A DNA stretch of 52,424 nucleotides. It comes from a virus. Its lineage: Duplodnaviria; Caudoviricetes. The notes beneath the pieces were generated by a model. That model was not told the origin of the DNA, did no database searches, and saw only the letters and a program-made list of their open reading frames with translations. Location of the stretch: positions 1 through 52,424 of the IMG/VR virus record IMGVR_UViG_3300013009_000061. One strand, 5' to 3'. How positions within the stretch are numbered: the stretch's first letter is position 1; every line of letters starts with the position of its first letter. Shown piece by piece: positions 17,925 to 27,207 of this stretch. The position numbers and the translations under genes are program-made.

Positions 17925-18611
17925 GTGAGGTTCATTGATTTAACTGGACGCAGGTTCGGACGCCTCACTGTTGTACGTCGCGTAGAAGATAGAGTCACGC
18001 CCAGCGGACGAAGAATTGCGCAATGGCTTTGTTATTGCGAATGCGGAGGGCAATGTGTTGTTCAAGGGTGGAATCTAAGTCGTGGGTTAACCCGATCATG
18101 TGGTTGTTACGCACGGGAACAACATGTGAAACGTGGGCAGACCATGAATCTGAAGCACGGCCATAATCGTAGGAAGGCTGTATCGCCTGAATATCAGTCA
18201 TGGCGGTCAATGATTCAACGATGCGAGAACCCGAACGCGTATGACTATGCGAGATACGGCGGCCGTGGAATCACAGTTTGTGAGCGGTGGCGTAGCTGTT
18301 TTGAAAACTTCCTTGCTGACATGGGGCCAAGGCCGTCGCCGCAACACACTTTGGATCGTATTGACCCGAATAGGAACTATGAACCCGGGAATTGTCGCTG
18401 GGCCACGAAGGCGGAACAGAGCCGTAACGTACGCCCGCGGCAGTCAAATGTAATCGGAGTAAAGGGTGTTCGGAAATCCGGCCGGAACTCCTACGCGGCA
18501 AGTATCTCCGTCGACGGTAAAAGCGTGTACCTGGGTGTTTTCCCAACGGTTGAGGAGGCTATTCAGGCCCGACGAAAAGCCGAGCAACTCTACTGGGGTG
18601 GAGAGCGATGA
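17925..18611 (+). CDS. HNH homing endonuclease with AP2-like domain
   Basis: DLTGRRFGRLTV, WLCYCECG, YGGRGITVCERW, TLDRIDPNRNYEPGNCRWAT, C-terminal YLGVFPTVEEAIQAR. Confidence 0.85.
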   Translation: MRFIDLTGRRFGRLTVVRRVEDRVTPSGRRIAQWLCYCECGGQCVVQGWNLSRGLTRSCGCYAREQHVKRGQTMNLKHGHNRRKAVSPEYQSWRSMIQRCENPNAYDYARYGGRGITVCERWRSCFENFLADMGPRPSPQHTLDRIDPNRNYEPGNCRWATKAEQSRNVRPRQSNVIGVKGVRKSGRNSYAASISVDGKSVYLGVFPTVEEAIQARRKAEQLYWGGER

Positions 18612-20002
18612 CTGTATTTCGACCTTTCCCGTATCAGCGCTATTGCATCGAGCGCGTGATTCAAGACGAAGCCCTGATTCTCATGTTGGACATGGGCCTT
18701 GGCAAAACGGTGATCACGTTGACCGCGATCAACGACCTGAAGTACAACCGGTTCGCCGTTTCGAAGGTCCTCGTCATCGCGCCGAAGAAAGTGGCGGAGT
18801 CGACATGGATTCGTGAGGCGCGGAAGTGGGACCACCTGCGCCTGTTGCGAATTGTCCCGGTGCTTGGGTCGCAGACGAAGCGTATTCGGGCGCTTAATAC
18901 GCCGGCTGATGTCTACGTGATCAACCGCGAGAATGTGCCGTGGCTTGTCGAGTATTATCGCAACGCATGGCCGTTTGACATGGTCGTGATCGACGAGTCG
19001 ACGTCGTTCAAGAACCCGAAGTCGAAGCGGTTTCGCGCGTTGAAGCTGGTACGGGGCCATATCAAGCGCATCGTCGAATTGACCGGCACCCCCGCGCCGC
19101 ACGGGCTTGAGGACTTGTGGGCGCAGGTGTACCTGCTGGACCAGGGCGAGCGATTGGGTAAGTCGTTCGCTGGGTTTCGCGAGCGCTATTTTGACCCGGA
19201 TCAGCGTGACCGGGATCACATCTGGACCTACGCGCCGAAGCCAGGCGCTGACGAGGTCATTCGGCGCCTCATCGGCGACATTGTCATCAGCATGAAGGCG
19301 GAGGACTATCTTGAGCTGCCGGAGATCACGTATGTCACGGTGCCGGTGGCCCTTGACGCGAAGGCGCGCAAAGCCTATCAGACGTTGGAGCGCGACATGC
19401 TGTTGCGGGTGGACGAGAACACGATTGACGCCGGCAGCGCAGGCGTCTTGACCGGGAAACTGCTGCAACTGTGTAACGGCGCGGTGTACGACGAGGAGCG
19501 TCAAGTCGTGCCGATTCACGATTGCAAGCTGGAGGCCTTCTTGGAACTCGTCGAAGCCCTGAACGGTAAACCGGCGCTGGTGTTCTACGGCTTTCAGCAC
19601 GACGCGGCGCGTTTACAGGCGGCGCTGGCGAAGACCGGTCTTCGTGTGCGACAGTTACGCGGGCCGCAGGACGAGGACGACTGGAATGCCGGGCAGATCG
19701 ACATCTTGCTGGCGCATCCGGCCAGCGCGGCGTTTGGTCTGAATCTTCAGCAAGGCGGCAATCATGTGATCTGGTTCGGCTTGACGTGGAACTTGGAGTT
19801 GTACCAGCAGGCTAATAAGCGCCTGCACCGTCAGGGGCAAACGGAACGCGTGATCGTGCATCACCTGGTGGTTGAGGACAGCGTGGACGAGGACGTGATG
19901 GAGGCCTTGGAAGGCAAAGCGGATGCGCAAGAGCGGTTGATTGAGGCCTTGAAGGCGCGCATTGAGCGCATGCGTTCCGAGTCCGCGGTCGTGGGGGTGT
20001 GA
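18608..20002 (+). CDS. SNF2-like DEAD/DEAH helicase
   Basis: DMGLGKT, VIDES, LTGTP, GLNLQ, QANKRLHRQGQ. Confidence 0.92.
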   Translation: MTVFRPFPYQRYCIERVIQDEALILMLDMGLGKTVITLTAINDLKYNRFAVSKVLVIAPKKVAESTWIREARKWDHLRLLRIVPVLGSQTKRIRALNTPADVYVINRENVPWLVEYYRNAWPFDMVVIDESTSFKNPKSKRFRALKLVRGHIKRIVELTGTPAPHGLEDLWAQVYLLDQGERLGKSFAGFRERYFDPDQRDRDHIWTYAPKPGADEVIRRLIGDIVISMKAEDYLELPEITYVTVPVALDAKARKAYQTLERDMLLRVDENTIDAGSAGVLTGKLLQLCNGAVYDEERQVVPIHDCKLEAFLELVEALNGKPALVFYGFQHDAARLQAALAKTGLRVRQLRGPQDEDDWNAGQIDILLAHPASAAFGLNLQQGGNHVIWFGLTWNLELYQQANKRLHRQGQTERVIVHHLVVEDSVDEDVMEALEGKADAQERLIEALKARIERMRSESAVVGV

Positions 20003-20005
20003 GCG

Positions 20006-20476
20006 TTGACGACGTACGTGGTGGATAAGGCGCGCACCCGCCAAGCGGTGCAAGCGTATTTCGCGGTGTATCGACGCTTCGTGCAGTTGCTTAACGCGGG
20101 TACGGTTCCGCGTGAAGAGCTGCAGCCCGTGCCAGGCTACGAGCATGCACAGCACCCAGATACCATCCACGCGCCGGGGTTTCGATCGACTTGGCCGCTG
20201 GTCGAGAAAATCGACGGAAAGCTGCGGTACATGCAGTGGTTTGTCCGGGATGTCGAGCGTGTGGTAGCGGGTTTGCCCCGGTATCAGGAGGCGATTTTGC
20301 GGACGCAGTATATGGGGCGCGAGCAGCTGTCGAACGAGGAGACGTACGAGGCGTTGTTGCGTGCAGATTCGCGGTGGTGTTATAGCGAACGTTATTTTCG
20401 TGAGCAGCGCGCAGATGCGCTTCTGACGGTAGCGGATGTGTTGGGTCTAACCTTATATCTGGAAGATTCCCAGTAA
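20006..20476 (+). CDS. ArpU/RinA-like late transcriptional activator
   Basis: Last gene before packaging module; C-terminal sigma-region-4-like ...QEAILRTQY...YSERYFREQRADAL. Confidence 0.7.
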   Translation: MTTYVVDKARTRQAVQAYFAVYRRFVQLLNAGTVPREELQPVPGYEHAQHPDTIHAPGFRSTWPLVEKIDGKLRYMQWFVRDVERVVAGLPRYQEAILRTQYMGREQLSNEETYEALLRADSRWCYSERYFREQRADALLTVADVLGLTLYLEDSQ

Positions 20477-20479
20477 ACC

Positions 20480-20524
20480 GTGCCACTTTTGTGCCGTTTT
20501 TGTGCCGACATCGCATGATACAAT
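20480..20524 (+). promoter_or_regulatory. Activator-dependent late promoter
   Basis: Three GTGCC repeats at 11-bp spacing (20480, 20491, 20502) in place of a -35, then extended -10 TGaTACAAT. Confidence 0.6.
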
Positions 20525-20565
20525 GCCCTTGGAGAAGTGCACCCAAAATTCGAGATGAGCGATTC

Positions 20566-20590
20566 GGCTGCCCTGCGGGGCGGCCTTTTT
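20566..20590 (+). terminator. Intrinsic terminator-like hairpin
   Basis: GGCTGCCC-tgcg-GGGCGGCC-TTTTT. Confidence 0.6.
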
Positions 20591-20615
20591 CGTTGACGCG
20601 GAGGAGGTAGGCATC

Positions 20616-20861
20616 GTGTTATGCCAGGAGGGTTACCCGTGCGTGTACATGACGCGGCTATCCGGGAGCCGTGCGAAATGCGCCTTGCCGCGGTGCGTGA
20701 TGGAGCGTTACGGGAACTTTGTGCATGACACGATGACCGACCGTGTGACGCGCTATGTGACGCAACCGATACGCGAGACAAGCGACGAAACGACGAATCG
20801 GGAATACGTGAAACGCGAACGGCACCGACAACTACGCGCGAAACGAACCTCATGCGTGTAA
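20616..20861 (+). CDS. Small hypothetical protein
   Basis: GGAGGAGG RBS, GTG start; Cys-rich N-terminus. Confidence 0.45.
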   Translation: MLCQEGYPCVYMTRLSGSRAKCALPRCVMERYGNFVHDTMTDRVTRYVTQPIRETSDETTNREYVKRERHRQLRAKRTSCV

Positions 20862-20873
20862 GAAGGTGGTGAA

Positions 20874-21428
20874 ATGGCAAAGTGTGGTGCGAAGACGCGT
20901 AAAGGGACACCGTGCCAAAGCAACGCGATGGCGAATGGACGATGCCGTATGCATGGCGGTAAGTCGACTGGCGCGCCGCCGGAAAAGTTGCGGGGTAACA
21001 AAAACGCGGTCACGACAGGCGAGTACGAGACGATATGGCTGGACACGCTGGACGACGCGGAACGCGTACTCTTCCACGCGATTGACATCGATGCACTCGT
21101 GCAACTGGATAACGAGATCCGTCTAACCGAGATTCGAGAACGGCGCATGCTCCAACGGATTCAGCGACTAAGGCAAAGCGAAGATCTCGGCGTAGAGCAG
21201 CTCGTCCGCAGCGAGTCTGCGGACGAGACCGGCACGAAGACGTCAGAGACCGTCGTCATGCAGCCCGTATTGAACACCATTCAGCGCATTGAGGAGGCGC
21301 TCACGCGCGTGCAGGAGCGCAAGCTGAAGCTCATCGAGTTGAAACACCGTCTGCTGTCCGGAGACGGACGTGATCTCGATAGCTTGAGTGGTCTCGTCGA
21401 AGCGATCCGGGAGAGCTCTCGGACATGA
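20874..21428 (+). CDS. Terminase small subunit (HGGxSTG domain)
   Basis: CGAKTRKGTPC...NGRCRMHGGKSTG...GNKNAVTTG; upstream of TerL. Confidence 0.85.
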   Translation: MAKCGAKTRKGTPCQSNAMANGRCRMHGGKSTGAPPEKLRGNKNAVTTGEYETIWLDTLDDAERVLFHAIDIDALVQLDNEIRLTEIRERRMLQRIQRLRQSEDLGVEQLVRSESADETGTKTSETVVMQPVLNTIQRIEEALTRVQERKLKLIELKHRLLSGDGRDLDSLSGLVEAIRESSRT

Positions 21429-22642
21429 CCTTCGCGTGGGGGAGCTTCAGCGACAAACAGTTGGCTTCGATACGCGATTCGACGGCGCGCCTGAATATCT
21501 GGGAAGGCGCTGTTCGCTCCGGCAAGACCATCGCGAGCATTGTCCGATGGCTTGACTACATCGCCACGGGCCCGGCCGGTGACCTGCTGATGGTCGGGAA
21601 GACCGAGCGAACACTGAAGCGCAATATTCTCGATGTGCTCGAGCAGATCCTCGGCCCGCGACTGTACCGCTACAACAAGGGTGAGGGCGAGGTCTACATC
21701 TGTGGCCGTAAGATTTACGTCGTCGGCGCGAACGACGAGCGAGCAGAAGGCAAGATCCGAGGCATGACTCTGGCTGGCGCGTATGGCGACGAGGTGACGC
21801 TGTGGCCGGAGAACTTCTTCAAGATGCTCCTGTCTCGCTTGAGCGTGGCTGGAGCGAAGTTCTTCGGCACGACCAACCCCGACAGCCCATATCACTGGCT
21901 AAAGGAGCAGTACCTCGACAATGCGGAGCTTGATCTCGTGTCGTGGAGCTTCAAGCTTGAGGATAACCCGAATCTCGACCCGGCGTACGTTGAATCGCTT
22001 AAACGCGAGTACACGGGCCTCTGGTATAAGCGATTCATTCTCGGGCTTTGGGTTATGGCGGAAGGTGCCATCTATGACATGTGGGACGACGAACAAAACA
22101 CGTTCTCGGATGATGAGATGCCTCTGGGGCTCAAGACCACGGCGCGCCGGTATGTATCGGTGGACTACGGAACGCAAAATGCGACGGTATTCCTCGACTG
22201 CTGGGATGATGGACAGACGCTTTGGATCGTCGACGAATACTACCACAGCGGAAGAGATCAAGGGAGACAAAAGGAAGATGCCGAGTACGCCGAAGATCTC
22301 ATCCGCTTTGTCGGAGCGGATCGCCCGCGCTTTGTCATCGTCGATCCATCGGCGGCGAGCTTCAAGGTGGCTTTGCGTCGGCGCGGGTTCATGGTGCGTG
22401 ATGCCGAGAACGACGTCCTGGAAGGCATCCGCATGACGTCGACGATGATCGCGAAGCGGAGATTGCGCGTGAATCGCGACCGATGCAAGAACCTCATCAA
22501 AGAGATCTCGAGCTATGTATGGGACGAGAAAGCGGCGGAACGCGGACAGGAGAAACCGGTCAAGCAAAATGACCATGCGTGCGACGCATTACGGTATCTC
22601 GTTGCGACAGTCGTTAATCCGCGTCGGCTGCACGCCATCTGA
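21425..22642 (+). CDS. Terminase large subunit (PBSX family)
   Basis: EGAVRSGKT Walker A, GAYGDE Walker B, TTNP, VDYG, DPSA, NDHACDALRY. Confidence 0.95.
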   Translation: MTFAWGSFSDKQLASIRDSTARLNIWEGAVRSGKTIASIVRWLDYIATGPAGDLLMVGKTERTLKRNILDVLEQILGPRLYRYNKGEGEVYICGRKIYVVGANDERAEGKIRGMTLAGAYGDEVTLWPENFFKMLLSRLSVAGAKFFGTTNPDSPYHWLKEQYLDNAELDLVSWSFKLEDNPNLDPAYVESLKREYTGLWYKRFILGLWVMAEGAIYDMWDDEQNTFSDDEMPLGLKTTARRYVSVDYGTQNATVFLDCWDDGQTLWIVDEYYHSGRDQGRQKEDAEYAEDLIRFVGADRPRFVIVDPSAASFKVALRRRGFMVRDAENDVLEGIRMTSTMIAKRRLRVNRDRCKNLIKEISSYVWDEKAAERGQEKPVKQNDHACDALRYLVATVVNPRRLHAI

Positions 22643-22662
22643 GACGAAGGGGGTGAAAAGGC

Positions 22663-24213
22663 ATGAAGACGTTGAAAGCCTCTGCGAGCGATCCAAAAGG
22701 GCTCATGCTCGATGAGTTTGCGAAGGTGCTGTCGCGTGTGGTCACGATGGACGCCTTCAGCAACCCTCTTGCCCGTCTCGGCTATGGTACGCCGAACCTC
22801 ATTGAGGGCACTGAGTATCCGTTGACGCGACTCACGCAGAACTATCAGTTGTTGAATAGCTTGTATCGCAACAACTGGATTGTGCGGCGTGTGGTCGACA
22901 TCATTCCGGAGGATATGTGCCGGAACTGGATCACGATCCATACTCAGATCCCTCCGGAAGCGCTCGACAAGCTCAATCGGATGTGGCGCTCGAAACGCCT
23001 TAAACAGAAGATCCTGCAAGGACTGAAGTGGGGACGCCTGTACGGAGGCGCCGCAGGGCTTATCCTCATTGAAGGGCATGAGGATATCCTCGATCAGCCA
23101 CTCGACTACGACACCATCATGCCGGGGTCGTTCAAGGGATTGCAGATCGTGGACCGTTGGACGGGCGTGTATCCAAGTGAAGAACTGGTCGAGGACATCG
23201 ACGATGTCGAGTTTGGCCTTCCGGCCTACTACCTGATGACACTGGAGGACGGCCAAGTACTTCGGATTCACCATAGCCGTATCCTCCGCTTCACGGGCCG
23301 CGACCTTCCCTACTGGGAGCGGCTTGCAGAAGTCCACTGGGGTTTGTCTGAGGTCGAGGTGGTGTACGAGGAACTCCGCAAGCGCGACAACACGTCCTAC
23401 AACATCGCGTCGCTCATCTTCCTCGCGAACCTGCGCGTGATCAAGATGAATGACTTGGGACAGACACTGGCGCTTGGCGACCAGCAGGCGCAGACGGACC
23501 TGTATAACGTCCTGCAAGCTCAGAATTGGCTCATGTCAAACATGGGCATCTACGTGATGGATAAGGACGACGAATTCCAGCAATTCCAATACACTTTTTC
23601 GGGTCTTAACGAGATATACGAATCGTTCATGATGGACGTGTCCGGCGCGTGTCAAATCCCTGTCACGCGCCTCTTCGGGCGGTCGCCGGCGGGGATGAAC
23701 GCAACTGGCGAGAGCGACTTGCAGCACTACTATGAGACGGTGCAGCAGGCGCAAGAAACGTATTTGGCTCCAGCGCTCGATAAGCTGTTGCCAGTCATGT
23801 GCATGTCCGAGTTTGGTGCGATCCCGGACGACTTGGACTATTCGTTCAATCCCATTCGCAACCCGTCGGACAAGGACATTGCGGACCTTGTCGAGCAAAA
23901 AACAAACGCGCTTGTCAATCTGTACAACGCCGGCATTATTTCGCAGAAGACGGCGCTGCAAGAGCTGCGTCAGATGTCGGATACGACGGGCATGTTCACG
24001 AACATCACGGATGAACAGATCGCGGCGGCCGACGAAGGCACGTCGCCAGGCGAGGTGATCCCGGACGATGCCTTCTCGCCGCTATCCTCGGCATTATCCG
24101 CTGTGGGCGCCGAAAATGCGCATCGAGATGGAGTACCGCAGGGCGATTCGAGCGGCGCTTCGGCAGCTCGGAAGTTTGTTGACTGGCTTAGAGGATCCAA
24201 GCGAAATCATTAG
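22663..24213 (+). CDS. Portal protein (DUF1073 type)
   Basis: Follows TerL; LYRNNWIVRRVVDIIPEDM, WGRLYGG, IPVTRLFGRSPAGMNATGESD. Confidence 0.9.
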   Translation: MKTLKASASDPKGLMLDEFAKVLSRVVTMDAFSNPLARLGYGTPNLIEGTEYPLTRLTQNYQLLNSLYRNNWIVRRVVDIIPEDMCRNWITIHTQIPPEALDKLNRMWRSKRLKQKILQGLKWGRLYGGAAGLILIEGHEDILDQPLDYDTIMPGSFKGLQIVDRWTGVYPSEELVEDIDDVEFGLPAYYLMTLEDGQVLRIHHSRILRFTGRDLPYWERLAEVHWGLSEVEVVYEELRKRDNTSYNIASLIFLANLRVIKMNDLGQTLALGDQQAQTDLYNVLQAQNWLMSNMGIYVMDKDDEFQQFQYTFSGLNEIYESFMMDVSGACQIPVTRLFGRSPAGMNATGESDLQHYYETVQQAQETYLAPALDKLLPVMCMSEFGAIPDDLDYSFNPIRNPSDKDIADLVEQKTNALVNLYNAGIISQKTALQELRQMSDTTGMFTNITDEQIAAADEGTSPGEVIPDDAFSPLSSALSAVGAENAHRDGVPQGDSSGASAARKFVDWLRGSKRNH

Positions 24214-24934
24214 TCGTTTGTTCTCTGCCACGAATGAGCCTTGGTTCGTTCGGTATGCCGAAGCCGCTGCGATGAAGATGGTCACCCATCTCTTTACGGA
24301 TGCGGGCCGGACATGGCGGCAGGCAGCGAAGGTCAACAGCCAAGGTCGTATGATCTATGAGGCGCTTCAGCGCGAGCTTCAAGGCCCTCTAGGTGGTGCC
24401 GTCGTAGCGCAGGTTCGCAGGAATGCGGAGCTCATCCGTTCTGTCCCTGCGGACATCGCGCGCGAAATGACGGAGCACATCATGCGACGGTCATTCGAGG
24501 GTATCCGAGCTTCCGATATCGCACAGGAACTTCTCTCGCTGTATCCCCATATCTCCGAAGTCAAAGCGAATCTCATCGCGCGCACCGAGACGAATAAGAC
24601 GTCAACGGCACTCACGCAGTCTCGGAGCGAAATGCTCGGCATTCGGTGGTATCGATGGCGGACGTCGGAGGACGCACGTGTACGAGAGAGCCACCGCATC
24701 ATGGATAAAGTGCTGGTTGCGTGGGATGACCCTCCGAGTCCGGAGGAGTTGGCGCATGAGCGCAGCTACGGGCACTACCATGCAGGTTGCATCTTCAATT
24801 GCCGCTGCTACGCCGAACCTTTGATCGACCTCGACTTCGTGGACTGGCCGTGCAAAGTGTATCGAAATGGCGTGATTCGCCTCATGACGCGGAAGGAATT
24901 TGAGTCGATTTGGTCACCGAGCATGGCCGGATAA
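24068..24934 (+). CDS. Minor head morphogenesis protein (Mu gpF/SPP1 gp7-like)
   Basis: LIARTET, YRWRTSEDARVRESH, FNCRC. Confidence 0.88.
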   Translation: MPSRRYPRHYPLWAPKMRIEMEYRRAIRAALRQLGSLLTGLEDPSEIISRLFSATNEPWFVRYAEAAAMKMVTHLFTDAGRTWRQAAKVNSQGRMIYEALQRELQGPLGGAVVAQVRRNAELIRSVPADIAREMTEHIMRRSFEGIRASDIAQELLSLYPHISEVKANLIARTETNKTSTALTQSRSEMLGIRWYRWRTSEDARVRESHRIMDKVLVAWDDPPSPEELAHERSYGHYHAGCIFNCRCYAEPLIDLDFVDWPCKVYRNGVIRLMTRKEFESIWSPSMAG

Positions 24935-24952
24935 AGGACCCGTTGAAGGGAG

Positions 24953-26581
24953 GTGATGCTTACGGCTAGGGCGTATTATGGTTCGCGCTTTTCACCCAAT
25001 CAGACGATGACGCCGGAAGGATTTCTGGTCGCACATAACGTCCCAATCGCTCGAACGGGATGGTACGAGTACTGGGCGAGCGAGATTGGCGCGGACACAT
25101 CGAATGGAGATCGGGTCGTGAAAGTTTATCGGTCTCCTGAAGAGGTGTTTGCACCTGCAGCCGTGGCAAGTTTCGAGGGCAAACCTGTGACGGACGACCA
25201 TCCGCCGTCCGTGGTTACGCCCGAGAATGCCCACCTCTACGCCAAAGGTGCGGTGCAAAATGTGAGGCGCGGGTCCGGCGAGAACAGCGACCTTTTGCTG
25301 GCTGACCTTGTCATCTACGACGAGCAACTCATCCAGGAAATCCGGGCTGGAAAGCGAGAGGTATCAGCCGGTTACGAGTGCGACTATGTGGCCAATGGCG
25401 ACGGTACGTACTCACAGCGCAATATCGTCGGCAACCACGTGGCCGTTGTCTACGCCGGAAGGGCTGGTGATAGGGTACGAATCCTGGACCAGAAGCCGGA
25501 TGTGGACGACGAAACGAAAGAAGCGTCCCGGAAGTATGGGATCGCGCCGAAGAGGGACGGACATCGATCACCGCCCAAAGGCTACCCGGAGGATCGCGAG
25601 AAGTACGGCGATCCTGTGAACTATAAGTACCCCATCGACCGGGAGCACATCGAACCAGCCGTCCAGTACTTCAACCGGGCCGGCCAGCGCGAGGACGGCG
25701 AGTATACGCCGGAAGAGTGGTCTATCATCGGCAAGCGGATAGCAACCGCCGCGAACCGTCTGCTGGACGATGGATATGAGTACAAGGACGGCAAGATTAT
25801 CACTCCAAACGACAAGAAGGAGGCACAAGATCGTATGAGCACGAAGCTGAAGTTGCCTGCGCGCAAGCGCTCGCGTGTGACAGACTTTCTGGCGGCTATG
25901 GGTCTAAAACACTTCGCCCAAGATGCTGAGCCGGAAGACATCATGGAAGCTGTTGATGCGATGGCTGAAGAGAAGGCAGAAGATCCGAACGCTACAACGA
26001 ACGACGAAGATACACCCGAGGACGTGAAGGCCATCGAAGAGCTGAAGTCACAATTCGAAGAACGCTTCGCTGCACTTGAGGAGATGTTGAAGCAAGCGTT
26101 AGCGAAGGATGAGAACATTGAGGAGAAGTCCGCAGAAGAACTCATCGACGACGCCATCGCGCAGATGGAGGACCCCGAGAATACGCCTCCGCGCGAGGAT
26201 GAGAATGAGGAGAGCCACACGATCGACCCTGAGATGATTCAGGACGGAGACCCGGACGAGGGCCCTGTGGCACCCAAGGAAGATCGGCCGCAAAACGGGT
26301 TTGCGACGCTCGACACGGCATATAAGATTGCGGCGCTTCGAGCTATCAAGCCCATCATTGCAGCAATCCCGGATCCTGCGGAGCGTAAGCGCGCTGCGGA
26401 CGCCGCGATTAAGGCCATTAAGGGTAAGCCGAAGACCAATACGTATGCGCAGATTGAACGCGGACGGAAGCGGGCCGCGCAAGATGCCCAAAAGCAAGCG
26501 CCGAGCATCGTCGTCGATCCGAACTTAGGACGCGAGTGGGCGAAGAAGTACAATCCGCACTACAAGAACCGGGCGCAGTGA
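24953..26581 (+). CDS. DUF2213 prohead protease/scaffold protein
   Basis: IARTG, VYRSPEEVF, SFEGKPVTDDHP, EVSAGY, GNHVAVV..GRAG; acidic helical C-terminal half. Confidence 0.85.
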   Translation: MMLTARAYYGSRFSPNQTMTPEGFLVAHNVPIARTGWYEYWASEIGADTSNGDRVVKVYRSPEEVFAPAAVASFEGKPVTDDHPPSVVTPENAHLYAKGAVQNVRRGSGENSDLLLADLVIYDEQLIQEIRAGKREVSAGYECDYVANGDGTYSQRNIVGNHVAVVYAGRAGDRVRILDQKPDVDDETKEASRKYGIAPKRDGHRSPPKGYPEDREKYGDPVNYKYPIDREHIEPAVQYFNRAGQREDGEYTPEEWSIIGKRIATAANRLLDDGYEYKDGKIITPNDKKEAQDRMSTKLKLPARKRSRVTDFLAAMGLKHFAQDAEPEDIMEAVDAMAEEKAEDPNATTNDEDTPEDVKAIEELKSQFEERFAALEEMLKQALAKDENIEEKSAEELIDDAIAQMEDPENTPPREDENEESHTIDPEMIQDGDPDEGPVAPKEDRPQNGFATLDTAYKIAALRAIKPIIAAIPDPAERKRAADAAIKAIKGKPKTNTYAQIERGRKRAAQDAQKQAPSIVVDPNLGREWAKKYNPHYKNRAQ

Positions 26582-26635
26582 TGTCGACAAGACACAAGGC
26601 GCCCTATTCTTTTATCTGCTAGAGGAGGTATACAC

Positions 26636-27160
26636 ATGCCGGGCAGTGTGATTGGTAAAACGCTGAATCTGGGCTATCCGGGGAACGTGTCGCGCAGTGC
26701 AGATGCTGTGATCGTGAATCGTCCGGTGCGTCCGACGGATACGAACCCCATCCCGTTTGGCGCGCCTGTGGTGCTGAATGCGGACAACACATATTCCCTG
26801 TTTGGCGCGTCGAATACTGCCGCGGATTTCGCGGGTGTCGCCATCCGCGAAGTTAAGCAAGCGACGAGTTATCTTGGCGCGCCGTATGGGATCACGCAGT
26901 ACAACCCTGGCGACCCGTGCGACGTCATCGAGCGTGGCAGCGTGACGGTGACCTGCCAGCTCGGTACGCCCACGGCTGGTGGGCCTGTCTATATCCGCGT
27001 AGCGACCAATGCGTCGTATCCGAATGCGGTGGTCGGCGGGTTTGAAGCCCAGGCGGACGGCACGAACAACATCCTGATCCCGAATGCCGTGTGGAAGACC
27101 GGCAAAATGGACGGCAATAACACGGCTGAAATCACCATCTTGAACCGCAACAAGCCGTAA
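26636..27160 (+). CDS. Capsid cement/decoration protein
   Basis: Between scaffold and major capsid; IPFGAPVV, FAGVA, GSVTV, GGPVYIR. Confidence 0.75.
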   Translation: MPGSVIGKTLNLGYPGNVSRSADAVIVNRPVRPTDTNPIPFGAPVVLNADNTYSLFGASNTAADFAGVAIREVKQATSYLGAPYGITQYNPGDPCDVIERGSVTVTCQLGTPTAGGPVYIRVATNASYPNAVVGGFEAQADGTNNILIPNAVWKTGKMDGNNTAEITILNRNKP

Positions 27161-27207
27161 CGGAAGTCATCGCAGAAAGCTGGTCAACTTAAAGGAGGTA
27201 TCAACGC

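Noticed and set aside
18590-23517. Long minus-strand ORFs (18590-19600, 22513-23517; also 6909-8039 and 51160-52137)
   Set aside because: Shadow ORFs opposite well-supported plus-strand genes in GC-rich DNA, with no motifs.
22663-24213. Portal as anti-CBASS Acb1 (a label often attached to DUF1073 portals)
   Set aside because: No separate 2H-phosphoesterase domain with paired HxT motifs is evident; position and length fit a plain portal.
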